Source of the DNA: Spirochaetia bacterium
GTDB lineage: Bacteria; Spirochaetota; Spirochaetia; SZUA-6; Bin103
Direction: 5' to 3'
Length of the DNA stretch: 64,000 bases
Assembly (NCBI GenBank): GCA_965203055.1
Contig: OZ241863.1
Span: 2,464,001-2,528,000 of the forward strand
The notes beneath the pieces were generated by a model that had not been told where the DNA came from, did no database searches, and was given only the letters and a program-made list of their open reading frames with translations. How positions within the stretch are numbered: position 1 is the first letter of the stretch; every line of letters starts with the position of its first letter. Below, in pieces: positions 8,444-18,778 of this stretch. The position numbers and the translations under genes are program-made.

Positions 8444-9398
8444 GCCGCAGCGCGCGGCGCGCGCCGGCCACGACGTCGGCCGCGGCGCAGCCGTGGCGGT
8501 CGAGCAGGTCGAAGTAGGGGCCTGACTCGGTGAAACGGTCGGCGATGCCGACCCGCACCACCGGCACCGGGCAGCGTTCGGCCAACAGCTCCGCCACCGC
8601 GCCGCCCAGGCCGCCCAGAACGGTGTGCTCCTCCGCGGTGACCACGGCGCCGGTCTCGCGCGCCGCGGCGGCCAGCGCGGCGCCGTCGAGCGGCTTGATG
8701 GTGTGCAGGTCGATCACCCGGCACTCCACGCCCTCCCCCGCCAACTGCTCCGCGGCGGTCACGCTGCGCGCCACCATCACCCCGGCGGCAACGATGGTCA
8801 GGTCGCTGCCGGGGCGCACCACCTGGGCGCGGCCCAGTTGCAGGGCGGCCGCGGGGCCGGCGGTGCCGGCGGTGCCGGCGCCGTACACCGCCGGCACCGC
8901 GTTGCGGTTCATGCGGAAGTAGACCGGTCCGGGGCTGGCCGCCACCTGCGGCAGCAGCGCAGTCAGCGCACCGGGGTCGGCCGGCGCCACCACCCGCATG
9001 CCGGGGAAGGTCCGCAGAATGGCGATGTCCTCGGTGGCGTGGTGGGTCGGCCCCTCGAAGCTGGGCGACAGCCCGCCGTAGGCGGCCATCAGCTTGACGT
9101 TGGCGCGCCCGTAGCAGACGTGGGTGCGGATCATCTCCACCGCGCGGGTGGCCAGGAACACGCCGAAGGTGTTGACGAACGGCAGCTTGCCGGCCAGCGC
9201 CAGACCGACCGCGCAATCCACCAGCGACTGTTCGGCGATGCCGGTGTTGATGAAGCGGTCGGGAAAGGCGTCGGCGAACATGAAGCTGTGGTCGGAGTTG
9301 GAGACGTCGGCGGACAGCACCACCACGTCGGGATTGCTGCGCCCCAGCTCCACCAGCGCCTTGCCGTAGGCGAGGCGGGTGTCGATCAGCTCAGCCAT
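8427..9398 (-). CDS. Transketolase C-terminal subunit
   Basis: GIAEQ, GPTHHATED, GPVYFR, TIKPLD, EEH...GGLG. Confidence 0.92.
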   Translation of the reverse strand: MAELIDTRLAYGKALVELGRSNPDVVVLSADVSNSDHSFMFADAFPDRFINTGIAEQSLVDCAVGLALAGKLPFVNTFGVFLATRAVEMIRTHVCYGRANVKLMAAYGGLSPSFEGPTHHATEDIAILRTFPGMRVVAPADPGALTALLPQVAASPGPVYFRMNRNAVPAVYGAGTAGTAGPAAALQLGRAQVVRPGSDLTIVAAGVMVARSVTAAEQLAGEGVECRVIDLHTIKPLDGAALAAAARETGAVVTAEEHTVLGGLGGAVAELLAERCPVPVVRVGIADRFTESGPYFDLLDRHGCAAADVVAGARRALRLKSSA

Positions 9399-10282
9399 TG
9401 CCGCAGGCCCGCTTCCAGCTCGGCCTTGGCGGCCGCGTATTGCGCCGCGGTGGGCGGCGTGCCGTGCCAGTTGTGGTCATATTCCATGAACGATACGCCG
9501 CGCCCCTTGGTGGTGCGGGCGATGATCACCGCCGGCCGCGCGTGCACCTGATCGGCGCGGTCGAGCGCGTCCAGCACCTCGCGCACGTTGTGGCCGCCGA
9601 TCTCCTGCACGTGCCAGCCGAACGCCGCCCACTTGGCGGCGATCGGCTCGCTCGGCATCACCTCGGCGGTGGCGCCGGTCTGCTGGATGCCGTTGTAGTC
9701 CAGGATCGCCACCAGGTTGCCCAGGCGATACTTGGCCGCCAACATCGCCCCTTCCCAGATCACCCCGGCGTCGATCTCGCCGTCGCCGAGCACCACGTAC
9801 ACGCTGGCCGGCGAGGCCGCGCCGGAGGGCGCCGAGCGCGCCGCCGGCTTGGCGCCGCGCTCGCGCAGGGCCAGCGCCATGCCGCAGCCGACGGCCACCC
9901 CGTGGCCGAGCGGCCCGGCGGGAATCTCGATGCCGGGGGTCTTGCGGTCCGGGTGTCCCTGCAGCCGGCTCTCGACCTTGCGGAAGCTCAGCAGCTCGGA
10001 CGGGGGAAAGAAGCCGCGGTGGGCGAGCGCCGCGTAGAGGGCGGCGCAGGCGTGCCCCTTGGAGAACAGCAGCCGGTCGCGGTCCGGCCAGTCGGGGCGC
10101 TCGGGATCGATGCGCAGGTGGTGGAAGTAGAGCGCGGCCAGGAGCTCGGCGCAGGAAAACGCGCCGCCGAGGTGGCCGCTGCCGCTGTCGTGGACCATCT
10201 CCAGCACGTCCAGCCGGAACTGCTGAGCGCGGCGGTGCAGCTCGCGCACCAGCCCGCCGGGATGGTCATGGGTATGCCGCAT
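9386..10282 (-). CDS. Transketolase N-terminal (TPP-binding) subunit
   Basis: GHLGG, SKGH, LQGHP, GDGE..G..WE; own promoter TTGACC-N17-TAGGTT at 10291-10319. Confidence 0.92.
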   Translation of the reverse strand: MRHTHDHPGGLVRELHRRAQQFRLDVLEMVHDSGSGHLGGAFSCAELLAALYFHHLRIDPERPDWPDRDRLLFSKGHACAALYAALAHRGFFPPSELLSFRKVESRLQGHPDRKTPGIEIPAGPLGHGVAVGCGMALALRERGAKPAARSAPSGAASPASVYVVLGDGEIDAGVIWEGAMLAAKYRLGNLVAILDYNGIQQTGATAEVMPSEPIAAKWAAFGWHVQEIGGHNVREVLDALDRADQVHARPAVIIARTTKGRGVSFMEYDHNWHGTPPTAAQYAAAKAELEAGLRQWLS

Positions 10283-10374
10283 GGGCCCCGAACCTAAGCC
10301 GGCCCCCGGTCCCGGTCAAGCCGACAACGCCCGCACGCCCGCCGCCCGGCGAGCGCCGGCCGCCGCTCGCCGCT

Positions 10375-11229
10375 TCAGGCCTTGATGCCGGTGAGCGTGA
10401 TGCCCTCGATGAAGTAGCGCTGCGCGAACAGGAAGAGCGCCAGCACCGGCGCTATCACCACTGTCGCGGCCGCCATCAGCAAGTGCCACTGCGAGGTGTA
10501 CAGCCCGGTGAATTCCGCCAATCCCAGGGCCAGGGTGAACTGCCGCGAGTCGTTGAGGTAGATCAGCGGCCCCAGGAAGTCGTTCCATTCGAACAGCGCG
10601 GAGAAGATGCCGACCGTGATCAGCGCCGGGCGGCTCAGGGGCACGACCACGTGGCGCAGCACCTGCAGGGGGTTGGCGCCGTCGATGATCGCCGCCTCGT
10701 CCAGCTCGCGCGGCAGCGTCAGGAAGAACTGCCGCAGCAGGAACACGTAGAAGATGGTGCCGCCGAACCAGTCGGGCAGCACCAGCGGCCAGTAGGTGTT
10801 GATCAGACCGATCCGGGCCCACAGCAGGAAGGTGGGGATCAGGGTTACCGCGTAGGGCAGCATCAGGGCGCTCAGCAACACCCCGAACACCCAGTCGCGG
10901 CCCGGCCACTGCAGCCGGGAGAAGCCGAAGGCAGCCAGCGACGCGGTGATCAGCGTGCCGATTACGGTGGGCGCCAGGATCAGCAGCGTGTTGCCGAAGT
11001 AGCGCGCGAACGGGATCGTCGTGAGCGCCTTGGGGTAGTTGTCCCAGCGCCACGGGTCGGGGAGCCACTCCGGCGGAAAGATGAAGATCTGGCTCAGCCC
11101 CATCACCGAGCTGCGCACCAGCCACGCCAGCGGAATGAGCATCACCACGCTGCCGGCCAGCAGCAGCAGATAGACGCCCAGCGCGACGAGCCGGGCGCGG
11201 GCGGTGCGGCCGAGGGAGGCGGGGCGCAT
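10375..11229 (-). CDS. Carbohydrate ABC transporter permease (MalG-like)
   Basis: EAA loop LDEAAIIDGA, WNDFLGPLIYL, ends TGIKA. Confidence 0.92.
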   Translation of the reverse strand: MRPASLGRTARARLVALGVYLLLLAGSVVMLIPLAWLVRSSVMGLSQIFIFPPEWLPDPWRWDNYPKALTTIPFARYFGNTLLILAPTVIGTLITASLAAFGFSRLQWPGRDWVFGVLLSALMLPYAVTLIPTFLLWARIGLINTYWPLVLPDWFGGTIFYVFLLRQFFLTLPRELDEAAIIDGANPLQVLRHVVVPLSRPALITVGIFSALFEWNDFLGPLIYLNDSRQFTLALGLAEFTGLYTSQWHLLMAAATVVIAPVLALFLFAQRYFIEGITLTGIKA

Positions 11230-11231
11230 GG

Positions 11232-11882
11232 TCACCTGCCCGCGTAGTACACCCAGCGCGACGAGGTGCGAAACAGCAGCACGCTCAGGCCGGCTATGAT
11301 CAGGAACAGAATCCAGGCCAGCGCCGAGGCGTAGCCCATCTGAGTCTGCTCGAACGCCTTGTTGTACAGGTAGAGCACGTAGAGCAGGCTCGCGTTGTCG
11401 GGTCCTCCTTCGGTCATCACGTAGGCCTGCACGAAGGTCTGCATGGTGCCGATTACGCTCAGGATCAGGTTGAACAGGATGGTGGGCGTGACCATCGGGA
11501 TGGTGACGTGGCGCATCTTGTGCCAGGGATTGCCGCCGTCGATCTCGACCGCCTCGTAGAATTGCCGGGGGACGCCCTGCAGGCCGGCGAGGAAGATGAT
11601 CATCATCGGTCCGACGTCCCACAGACTCATCAGGATCAGCGCGGGAATGACGCTCGCGCTGCCGTAGATCCACTGCGAACGGGGAAACCCGAGCGGCACC
11701 AGGATGGAGTTGAGCAGGCCGAAGTCGGGGTTGAACAGCCAGATCCACAGCACGCTGCTGGCGATCAGCGGCACGATCGAGGGCAGATAGAAGATGGTGC
11801 GGAAGATCGGCAGGCCGCGGATCTTCTGGTTCAGCAGCACCGCCAGGGCGAACGCCGCCAGCAGGCGCAGGGGGACGCTGCC
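11232..11882 (-). pseudogene. 5'-truncated carbohydrate ABC permease (MalF-like)
   Basis: Homology begins mid-protein (GSVPLRLLAAFALAVLLNQK); upstream frame is non-homologous with in-frame TAG at 11937-11939 and no ATG. Confidence 0.7.
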
Positions 11883-11962
11883 GGGTATTTCCGTGGCTGC
11901 GGGGTTCGCCGGCTTGTCCGGGGGTGAAGGAGCTACCTATACTTGGCGTTGGAGGTTCATAT

Positions 11963-13360
11963 ATGCAACTTGGAAAGGTTCTTTGGCTGGCGCTTGCGGC
12001 CACCGTCGCGAGCGCGGCGCTGGTATATGCGGCCGCCGAGGAAGAAGCGGCAGCCGCTCCCGAGATGGCCCAACCGGTCACCATCGAGTATTGGACGACT
12101 CAGGATCAGTCGGAGCGGCAGGCGACGATCCGCTTGATCGCCGACACGTTCATGGCGCTCAACCCGCACGTCACCGTCAACGTGGTGCCGGTCGCCGAAC
12201 CGGAAGTGCCCGCCCAGCTCTCGGCCGCCGCGGCCGCCGGCAGCCTGCCCGACGTCATCGAGTTCGGCTCCGAGAACGCGATCGCGTTCGGCGCGCAGGG
12301 ACTGCTCGACATGGAGACGCACCACGAGATCATCCGCAGCATCGGCCAGGATCGCTTCTACTCCGGCGCGCTGAGCCTGCTGCGCGCGCCGTCCGGACAG
12401 AACGACTACTACGCGCTGCCGTTCCACGGCTGGATCCAGGGCATCTGGTACCGCACCGACTGGTTCGAGGATGCCGGTCTGGAGCCGCCCGATTCGTGGC
12501 GGAACATCCGCGCCGCGGCCGAGCACTTCTACGACCCGGCGGACAACCAGTACGGCATCCTGGTCGGCACCAAGTCGGAGCCGTACGCCGAGCAGGTGTT
12601 CACCCAGTTCGCCATCTCCAACGGCGCGCGACTGTTCGACGCCGGCGGCAACCTGATCTTCAACTCGCCGGAGATGAAGGAAGCGCTCGAGTACTACCTG
12701 GAGGTGTCGCAGTTCAACCCGCCCGGACCGCAGACCTGGCGCGCCCGCGACTACTACCTGCAGGGCAAGATGGCGATGTTCTTCTACTCGACCTACATCA
12801 TGGACGATCTGGCGCTGCAGGAGGTGGCCGCCGGCTCGCTGACCGGCGACAACTTCGCCGATCTGGCCGGCGGAGACTTCGATCCGGAGCTGGCCAACAA
12901 GACCGGATTCGTGCCGATCATCACCGGCACCGAACCGGCCTCCTACGGCGTGGTGGTGGCGCTCGGGGTCTTCGAACAGGATGACGCCGACCGGCTCGCC
13001 GCGTCCCGCGCCTGGGTGGAGTACCTCTACACCGAGGACGCCTACGTCACCTATCTGCACATGGCGCCCGGCGGCATGAATCCGGTCCTCAAGGGGGTCG
13101 CCGCCAGCGCCGCGTTCGTGGACGATCCGAAGGGGGTGCACGCCCGCTACGGCGCGGAAAAGATGGGCGAGATCGTCGAGGGGCTGGAGAACATCCAGCG
13201 CTTCGGGATCGTCGAGGGCAACCTGATCGAGGACTACGGCACCATCTTCGCGCAGCAGATCATCCCGCAGATGATCTTCCGCATCACCCAGGAGGGTGAG
13301 GATATCGATGCCGCGATGGCGTGGGCCGAAGCGGAAATGAGGAAGGTGATCGACCAGTAG
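11963..13360 (+). CDS. Carbohydrate ABC transporter solute-binding protein (YcjN-like)
   Basis: GGAGG RBS, signal peptide, YYALP..GIWYRTDWF, YLHMAPGGMNP. Confidence 0.88.
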   Translation: MQLGKVLWLALAATVASAALVYAAAEEEAAAAPEMAQPVTIEYWTTQDQSERQATIRLIADTFMALNPHVTVNVVPVAEPEVPAQLSAAAAAGSLPDVIEFGSENAIAFGAQGLLDMETHHEIIRSIGQDRFYSGALSLLRAPSGQNDYYALPFHGWIQGIWYRTDWFEDAGLEPPDSWRNIRAAAEHFYDPADNQYGILVGTKSEPYAEQVFTQFAISNGARLFDAGGNLIFNSPEMKEALEYYLEVSQFNPPGPQTWRARDYYLQGKMAMFFYSTYIMDDLALQEVAAGSLTGDNFADLAGGDFDPELANKTGFVPIITGTEPASYGVVVALGVFEQDDADRLAASRAWVEYLYTEDAYVTYLHMAPGGMNPVLKGVAASAAFVDDPKGVHARYGAEKMGEIVEGLENIQRFGIVEGNLIEDYGTIFAQQIIPQMIFRITQEGEDIDAAMAWAEAEMRKVIDQ

Positions 13361-13372
13361 GGCAACCCGTCC

Positions 13373-14248
13373 GTGGCCGGTCACGCCCGGAGCATCCGGG
13401 CTCAGGAAGCGCGCTTTGGCTGGCGGCTGATCGCTCCGTCGGCCGCCGTCATCGCGCTGCTCATCCTGTACCCCATCGGCTACAACGTCTTCCTCAGCTT
13501 CTTCGACGTGCGGCTGCAGGGCGCCAACGTCTACGTTGGCGCCCGCAACTATACCGGGGTACTCGCCGATCCCGCCTTCTGGCGGTCGGCGCTCACCACG
13601 GTGATCTACGTGGCCGGCACCACCGCCGGCACCACGCTGGTGGGGCTCGGCGTGGCCCTGGTCATGAACCAACGCTTCCCGCTGCGCGGGCTGGTGCGGT
13701 CGCTGATCCTGCTGCCCTACATTGCCCCGGTCATCGCCGTCGTCTACGGTTGGCAGTTCATCTTCGACCCGGTCAACGGCATCTTCATGCACGTCACCGT
13801 CGAGATGCTGGGCCTGTTCGAGGAGCGCTTCAATCTGATCGGCGCGCCGCGCAACGCCATCGTGGTCGCGATCCTGTTCAACGTCTGGAAGAACTTCCCG
13901 TTCAGCTACCTGATGCTGCTGTCGTCGCTGCAGGGGATCGACGGCAGCCTCTACGAAGCCGCGCAGATCGACGGCGCGTCGGCGTGGCAGCGGTTCCGCT
14001 TCATCACCCTGCCGGAGATCTTCTTCGTGCTGGGCGCGCTGGTGGTGTTGCGGGTGATCTGGAACTTCAACAAGTTCGAGGAGGTGTTCCTGCTCACCGA
14101 CAACGTGCGGGTGCTGTCGGTGTTCACCTACTTCAAGGCGTTCACCGGCGCCCTGGACCAGGGGCAGGGCGCGGCGCTGGCGCTGATCCAGTTCCTGCTG
14201 CTGGTGGGCTTCATCCTGTTCTACGTAAAGCGGGTGCTGAAGTGGTAG
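13373..14248 (+). CDS. Carbohydrate ABC permease (YcjO-like)
   Basis: LYEAAQIDGA motif, transmembrane helices. Confidence 0.9.
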   Translation: MAGHARSIRAQEARFGWRLIAPSAAVIALLILYPIGYNVFLSFFDVRLQGANVYVGARNYTGVLADPAFWRSALTTVIYVAGTTAGTTLVGLGVALVMNQRFPLRGLVRSLILLPYIAPVIAVVYGWQFIFDPVNGIFMHVTVEMLGLFEERFNLIGAPRNAIVVAILFNVWKNFPFSYLMLLSSLQGIDGSLYEAAQIDGASAWQRFRFITLPEIFFVLGALVVLRVIWNFNKFEEVFLLTDNVRVLSVFTYFKAFTGALDQGQGAALALIQFLLLVGFILFYVKRVLKW

Positions 14249-15201
14249 GTGGCGCCCGCCTGGCGCAGCGCGCCGGCCTGGCGGCGGCGGTGGCGGCGAT
14301 CCTGCTGTTCGCGCTGTTCCCGTTCGTGCAGATGCTGTCGCTGTCGCTCAAGTACCAGCCGGATTGGGGCAACCCGTCGCTGCTGCCGACAAGGGTGAAC
14401 TGGCAGGCGTACGGGGAGCTGCTGGCGATCGGACAGGATCTGCGGGACGTCCCGGAGTCGGCGCGGCGGCTGCTCGACAACCCGAATCTGAGCGCCGAGC
14501 AACGGCAGGCGATCATCGATCGCTTCCGGGACAGCGGCGACGTGTTTCCGTTCCTGCGCTACTTTCGCAACTCGCTGCTGCTGTCGGGCGTTGCCGCGCT
14601 GGCCTCGCTGGCGCTGGCGACGCTGGGCGCCTACTCGTTCAGCCGCGTCCGCTACCGGGGACGGACGGTGATGCAGCGCGGTGTGCTGTTCGTGTACATG
14701 TTCGGCGGCATCCTGCTGGTAATCCCGCTGTTCCAGCTCACCGTGCGCTCGGGCTTGGCGAGCACCGCCGGCGGCACGTTCGCCGCCGTCCTGGTAATCT
14801 ACCTGGCGCAGACCCTGCCGGTGTCGCTGTACATGCTCGGCAACTACTTCCGCACCATTTCGTTCTCGCTCGAGGAGGCGGCCATGATCGACGGCTGCAG
14901 CCGGGCGGCGACGATCGCCCGCATCATCATTCCGCTGGCGCTGCCGGCGCTGGCGGCGGTCTTCATCTACTCCTTCATGATCGCCTGGAACGAATACCTG
15001 TTCGCCTCGGTGTTCCTCAAGTCGTACAGCGATCTGTATACGCTGCCGCTTGGCCTGCGCGCGCTGTTCACCTCCAAGAACGCGATCTGGGACCGGATCA
15101 TGGCCGGATCGATGCTCACCGCGGCGCCGGTGGTGGCGCTGTTCATGGTGGTGCAGAAGTACATGACGCAGGGCCTCTCCGCCGGCGGCGTAAAGGGATA
15201 G
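14242..15201 (+). CDS. Carbohydrate ABC permease (YcjP-like)
   Basis: LEEAAMIDGC, AWNEYLFA, ends GGVKG. Confidence 0.9.
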   Translation: MVGGARLAQRAGLAAAVAAILLFALFPFVQMLSLSLKYQPDWGNPSLLPTRVNWQAYGELLAIGQDLRDVPESARRLLDNPNLSAEQRQAIIDRFRDSGDVFPFLRYFRNSLLLSGVAALASLALATLGAYSFSRVRYRGRTVMQRGVLFVYMFGGILLVIPLFQLTVRSGLASTAGGTFAAVLVIYLAQTLPVSLYMLGNYFRTISFSLEEAAMIDGCSRAATIARIIIPLALPALAAVFIYSFMIAWNEYLFASVFLKSYSDLYTLPLGLRALFTSKNAIWDRIMAGSMLTAAPVVALFMVVQKYMTQGLSAGGVKG

Positions 15202-15202
15202 C

Positions 15203-16462
15203 TCACACGCCGCCCAAACCGGCGGCGGCATCGATCGGTTCCTGGTAGCGGCGCACGGCGCCGCTCAGCGCGTCGGCCACCGCTACCGGCTGCCCGCCGG
15301 CGGCGGACTCCAGCATGGCGTAGCACAGCGCGACCGAGCGCATTCCCTGCTCCACGTCCACCTCCACCGGCGCGCCGTCCATTACCGCGCGCGCCAGTTC
15401 CGCGTATTCGACGGCGATCAGCTTGCGGTCGATGGCCGGGAACTCCAGCTCGTAGCTGCCCAGCCGCTCGCCGCCGAACAGGCGCGCCGTGACCGGCTCC
15501 AGTCGGAACTCCGGCACCAGCTCCAGCAGCTCGGCGCCGCGGCGGCGCTCGCCGTCCCGATCCAGCTCGAAGGCGAGGCCGCGGCGGTCGTGCGGCAGCT
15601 CCAGCGCCCCGTTCGCGCCGTACAGGGCGCGCCGCCACCCGCCCAGACCGTGCGCCGCGTGATCCGCCGCGTATTGGCCCGCGGCGCCGTTGGCGAAGCG
15701 CAACGTGGCGTACACCGCGTCCTCCGCGTCGACCGGGAAGCGCTCCGGCATCTGCCGCTGCCAGCGGCCGTAGACGCCGGCGGGATCCACGCTGCCGCCG
15801 CCCACCGGATTGACCCGCACCGGCTCGTGCAGCCGCGCCTGCGCGTACACCTCCTCCACCGGCCCGCACAGATACTCCATCACGTCGGCGTCATGGACGC
15901 CGGCGTCCACCAGCAGGCCGCCCTCCTGCTTGCGATGGCGCCACACCGAGATGAACATGGCGCCGGCGCCGCCAAAGCCGTGCTGCAGGTAGACGCGCGG
16001 AGCGCCGATGGCGCCGGCGTCGAGCAGCGCCCGCGCCAGCCGGTTCAGCGGGTCGCGGCGAAAGTTCTCCGCCACGCTGACCACCAGTGCCGAGGCGCGC
16101 GCCCGCTGCCGGACGTAGCGGCAGGCGGCAACCGACACCCCGAGCGGCTTTTCCACCATCACGTGCCAGCCCCGCTCCAACGCCGCGGCCAGGCTGTGGT
16201 GATGGTGCCGGGTGCTGGTGGTCACGTCCACCGCCTCGACGCCGAGGCGCGCCAACTCATCGAGGTTCGCTACCGCGGCCGGGCGGGTCCCGAAGTGCCG
16301 CTGGGCGGCCGCCGCGAGCGAGGCGGCATTGTCCGCCACCGGGTCGCACGCCCCCACCAGCCGGTACCGGCTCAGACCGGCGCGGTGCAGCTCCGCCAAG
16401 CCTTCCAGATGGCGGTGCCCCATGCCGCCGCAGCCCACGATCGCCAACGCGATTCGTTCCAT
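15203..16462 (-). CDS. Gfo/Idh/MocA family oxidoreductase
   Basis: IVGCGGMG, VEKP, ENFRR, GG..D.GVH. Confidence 0.9.
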   Translation of the reverse strand: MERIALAIVGCGGMGHRHLEGLAELHRAGLSRYRLVGACDPVADNAASLAAAAQRHFGTRPAAVANLDELARLGVEAVDVTTSTRHHHHSLAAALERGWHVMVEKPLGVSVAACRYVRQRARASALVVSVAENFRRDPLNRLARALLDAGAIGAPRVYLQHGFGGAGAMFISVWRHRKQEGGLLVDAGVHDADVMEYLCGPVEEVYAQARLHEPVRVNPVGGGSVDPAGVYGRWQRQMPERFPVDAEDAVYATLRFANGAAGQYAADHAAHGLGGWRRALYGANGALELPHDRRGLAFELDRDGERRRGAELLELVPEFRLEPVTARLFGGERLGSYELEFPAIDRKLIAVEYAELARAVMDGAPVEVDVEQGMRSVALCYAMLESAAGGQPVAVADALSGAVRRYQEPIDAAAGLGGV

Positions 16463-16527
16463 CAGCCCCTCCGGGGCCATGTTACACCGGCTGGCGCCGC
16501 CGGCGTCACTGCGCTACGTTTCAGCCC

Positions 16528-17424
16528 ATGGACCAGATTCCCATCGTCGACACCCACCAGCACCTGTGGGACCTCGATCGATTGTCGTTGCCGTGGCTGA
16601 AGGACGCGCCGCAACTCGCCCGGCACCATCGCATCGACGACTACCTGCGCGAGGCCGACGGTCACGGCGTGACCAAGGCGGTCTACATGGAGGTCGACGT
16701 GGATCCCGTCGATCGGCCGCTCGAACGCGACCTGATCAGCGAGTTGTGCCGCCGGCCGGAGGTGCCCACCGCGGCGGCCGTATTCGGCGCCACCCCCGGC
16801 GGCGAGGGGTTCGCGGCAACCGCTCAGGCGCTGGCCGACAATCCGTATGCCAGGGGCGCCCGCGTGGTGCTGCAGGCGGCGGACCGCCCGCGCGGCTTCT
16901 GCCTGCAGGAACAGTTCGTGGCCGACGTGCGCGCCCTCGGCGCCCGCGGCCTGCTGTTCGACGTCTGCATCCGCCCCGCCGAGTTGCGCGACGCCGCGGA
17001 GCTGGCGCGGCGCTGCGCGGAGATGACGTTGATCCTCGACCACTGCGGCAACGCCGACCCCGGCATCGTGGCCGGCGCCGGCGGCAATCCGGACGACCCC
17101 ACCTACGGCCACGGCCGCGGGCAGTGGCTGGACGACGTGCAGGCGCTCGGCGCGCTCTCCAACGTGGTGTGCAAGATCTCGGGCGTGGTGGCGCGCGCCG
17201 CCCCCGGTTGGAGCGCCGCCGACCTGGCGCCGGCGGTCAACCACTGCATCGACTGCTTCGGCGAAGACCGCATCGTATTCGGCAGCGACTGGCCGGTGTG
17301 CACCTTCGCCGCCAGCCTGGGCGAGTGGATCACGGCGCTGCGGGAGATCATCAGCGTCCGCTCGCCGCGCCTGCAGCGCAAGCTGCTGCACGAAAACGCC
17401 GAACGCATCTACCGCCTCACCTAG
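16528..17424 (+). CDS. Amidohydrolase family 2 protein (sugar lactonase-like)
   Basis: DTHQHLW, ILDHCG, CKISG, FGSDWP. Confidence 0.88.
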   Translation: MDQIPIVDTHQHLWDLDRLSLPWLKDAPQLARHHRIDDYLREADGHGVTKAVYMEVDVDPVDRPLERDLISELCRRPEVPTAAAVFGATPGGEGFAATAQALADNPYARGARVVLQAADRPRGFCLQEQFVADVRALGARGLLFDVCIRPAELRDAAELARRCAEMTLILDHCGNADPGIVAGAGGNPDDPTYGHGRGQWLDDVQALGALSNVVCKISGVVARAAPGWSAADLAPAVNHCIDCFGEDRIVFGSDWPVCTFAASLGEWITALREIISVRSPRLQRKLLHENAERIYRLT

Positions 17425-17458
17425 CCGAGCTGGCCGGTTCGCCCCGAATGAAGCGTTC

Positions 17459-18685
17459 GTGCGCATACCGCGGGTGACCGCGGCGCCCGGCGCGTTCCGG
17501 TTCCCGGCCTTCCGGCGGGTGTGGGGCGCCGGAGTGCTGATCGCGCTGGCCATCTGGACCGAGCGCCTCGCCGTCGGCTGGCTGATTCTGACCGAGACCG
17601 ACTCGGTGTTCCTCACCGCGGCGTCGTTTGCCGCGCGGCAGGCGCCGGGACTGATCGCGGCGCCGCTGGCCGGAGCGATCAGCGACCGGATGCCGCGCCA
17701 TCGGCTGCTCGGAATCGCCGCCGCGTTCCGGGCGCTGCTGCTGGCGCTGCTGGCGATCTTTGCGCTGGCGGGCCTCGAACCCCTCTGGGTCGCGTTCGCG
17801 CTGATCGCGCTGGCCGGCGTCGGCCAGTCGTTCGAGATCCCGGCCACGCAAGCGCTGGTGACCGATGCCGTGCCGCGCCGCGCGGCGATGAACGCGGTCG
17901 CGCTGCAATCGGTCGGCGCCCGGGGCGTGGGAGCCCTGGGAGGGCTGGTCGGCGGCGTGGTGATCGCCCGGTACGGCATCCCCGCCGCCCTGCTTGCCGG
18001 TGCGGTCGTGTCGCTGATCGGCGGTGTGGTGGTGGGCACGATGCGCGCCCCGGCGGCGCGCAGACCGCGCGCCGGAACCCGTGACGGCTCGGTGCTGCGC
18101 GACGTCGTGGACGGGTTGCGGGTGATGTTGGCCCTTCCATTGGTGCGGACGCTGCTGGCGCTGGCGGTAGTGGTGGAGATGTTCGGGTTCGCCTACCAGT
18201 CGGTGCTGCCCGCCGTGGCCCGCAGCGTGCTCCGGGTAGGCGAGGTGGGATTGGGCCTGCTGAGCATGATGGCCGGCTTCGGTTCGTTGGCCGGAGTGAT
18301 CGCGCTGACCGCGGCCGGCAACGTCCGTCGCCGGGGGCCGCTGCTGATCGGCATCACCGCGGGCTACGGCGCGTGCCTGCTGGCATTCGCTTCCTCCGGC
18401 GTGTTCCCGCTATCGCTGGTCCTGATCACCGGCGTGGGGGCGATGGCCGCGGCCTTCGACGCGATGCAATGGGTCCTGCTGCAGCAGCACGTACCCGACG
18501 AGATGCGCGGCCGGGCGATCGGCGGCTGGGTGTTCGCGATCGGCTTCGGGTGGATCGGTCACTTGGCCCTCGGCGCCGCCGCCGAGACCTTCGGCGTGCA
18601 GTGGGCGCTGGCCGCCACCGGCGCGGCAGTAGTGCTCACCGGCCTCGCCGCCGCCGCCCTGGCCCCAAAACTGCGCTCGGCATAG
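17459..18685 (+). CDS. MFS transporter
   Basis: About 12 hydrophobic segments, GAISDRMPR motif A, VPDEMRGR. Confidence 0.88.
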   Translation: MRIPRVTAAPGAFRFPAFRRVWGAGVLIALAIWTERLAVGWLILTETDSVFLTAASFAARQAPGLIAAPLAGAISDRMPRHRLLGIAAAFRALLLALLAIFALAGLEPLWVAFALIALAGVGQSFEIPATQALVTDAVPRRAAMNAVALQSVGARGVGALGGLVGGVVIARYGIPAALLAGAVVSLIGGVVVGTMRAPAARRPRAGTRDGSVLRDVVDGLRVMLALPLVRTLLALAVVVEMFGFAYQSVLPAVARSVLRVGEVGLGLLSMMAGFGSLAGVIALTAAGNVRRRGPLLIGITAGYGACLLAFASSGVFPLSLVLITGVGAMAAAFDAMQWVLLQQHVPDEMRGRAIGGWVFAIGFGWIGHLALGAAAETFGVQWALAATGAAVVLTGLAAAALAPKLRSA

Positions 18686-18778
18686 TGGACCAAGGCTCGC
18701 TCGCTGATCTCCGCTGCAGCCGGCGGACGGGAAACGATCCCCGACCGCATCGGCTGCAGCGGAATCTCCGTCGGTCAG

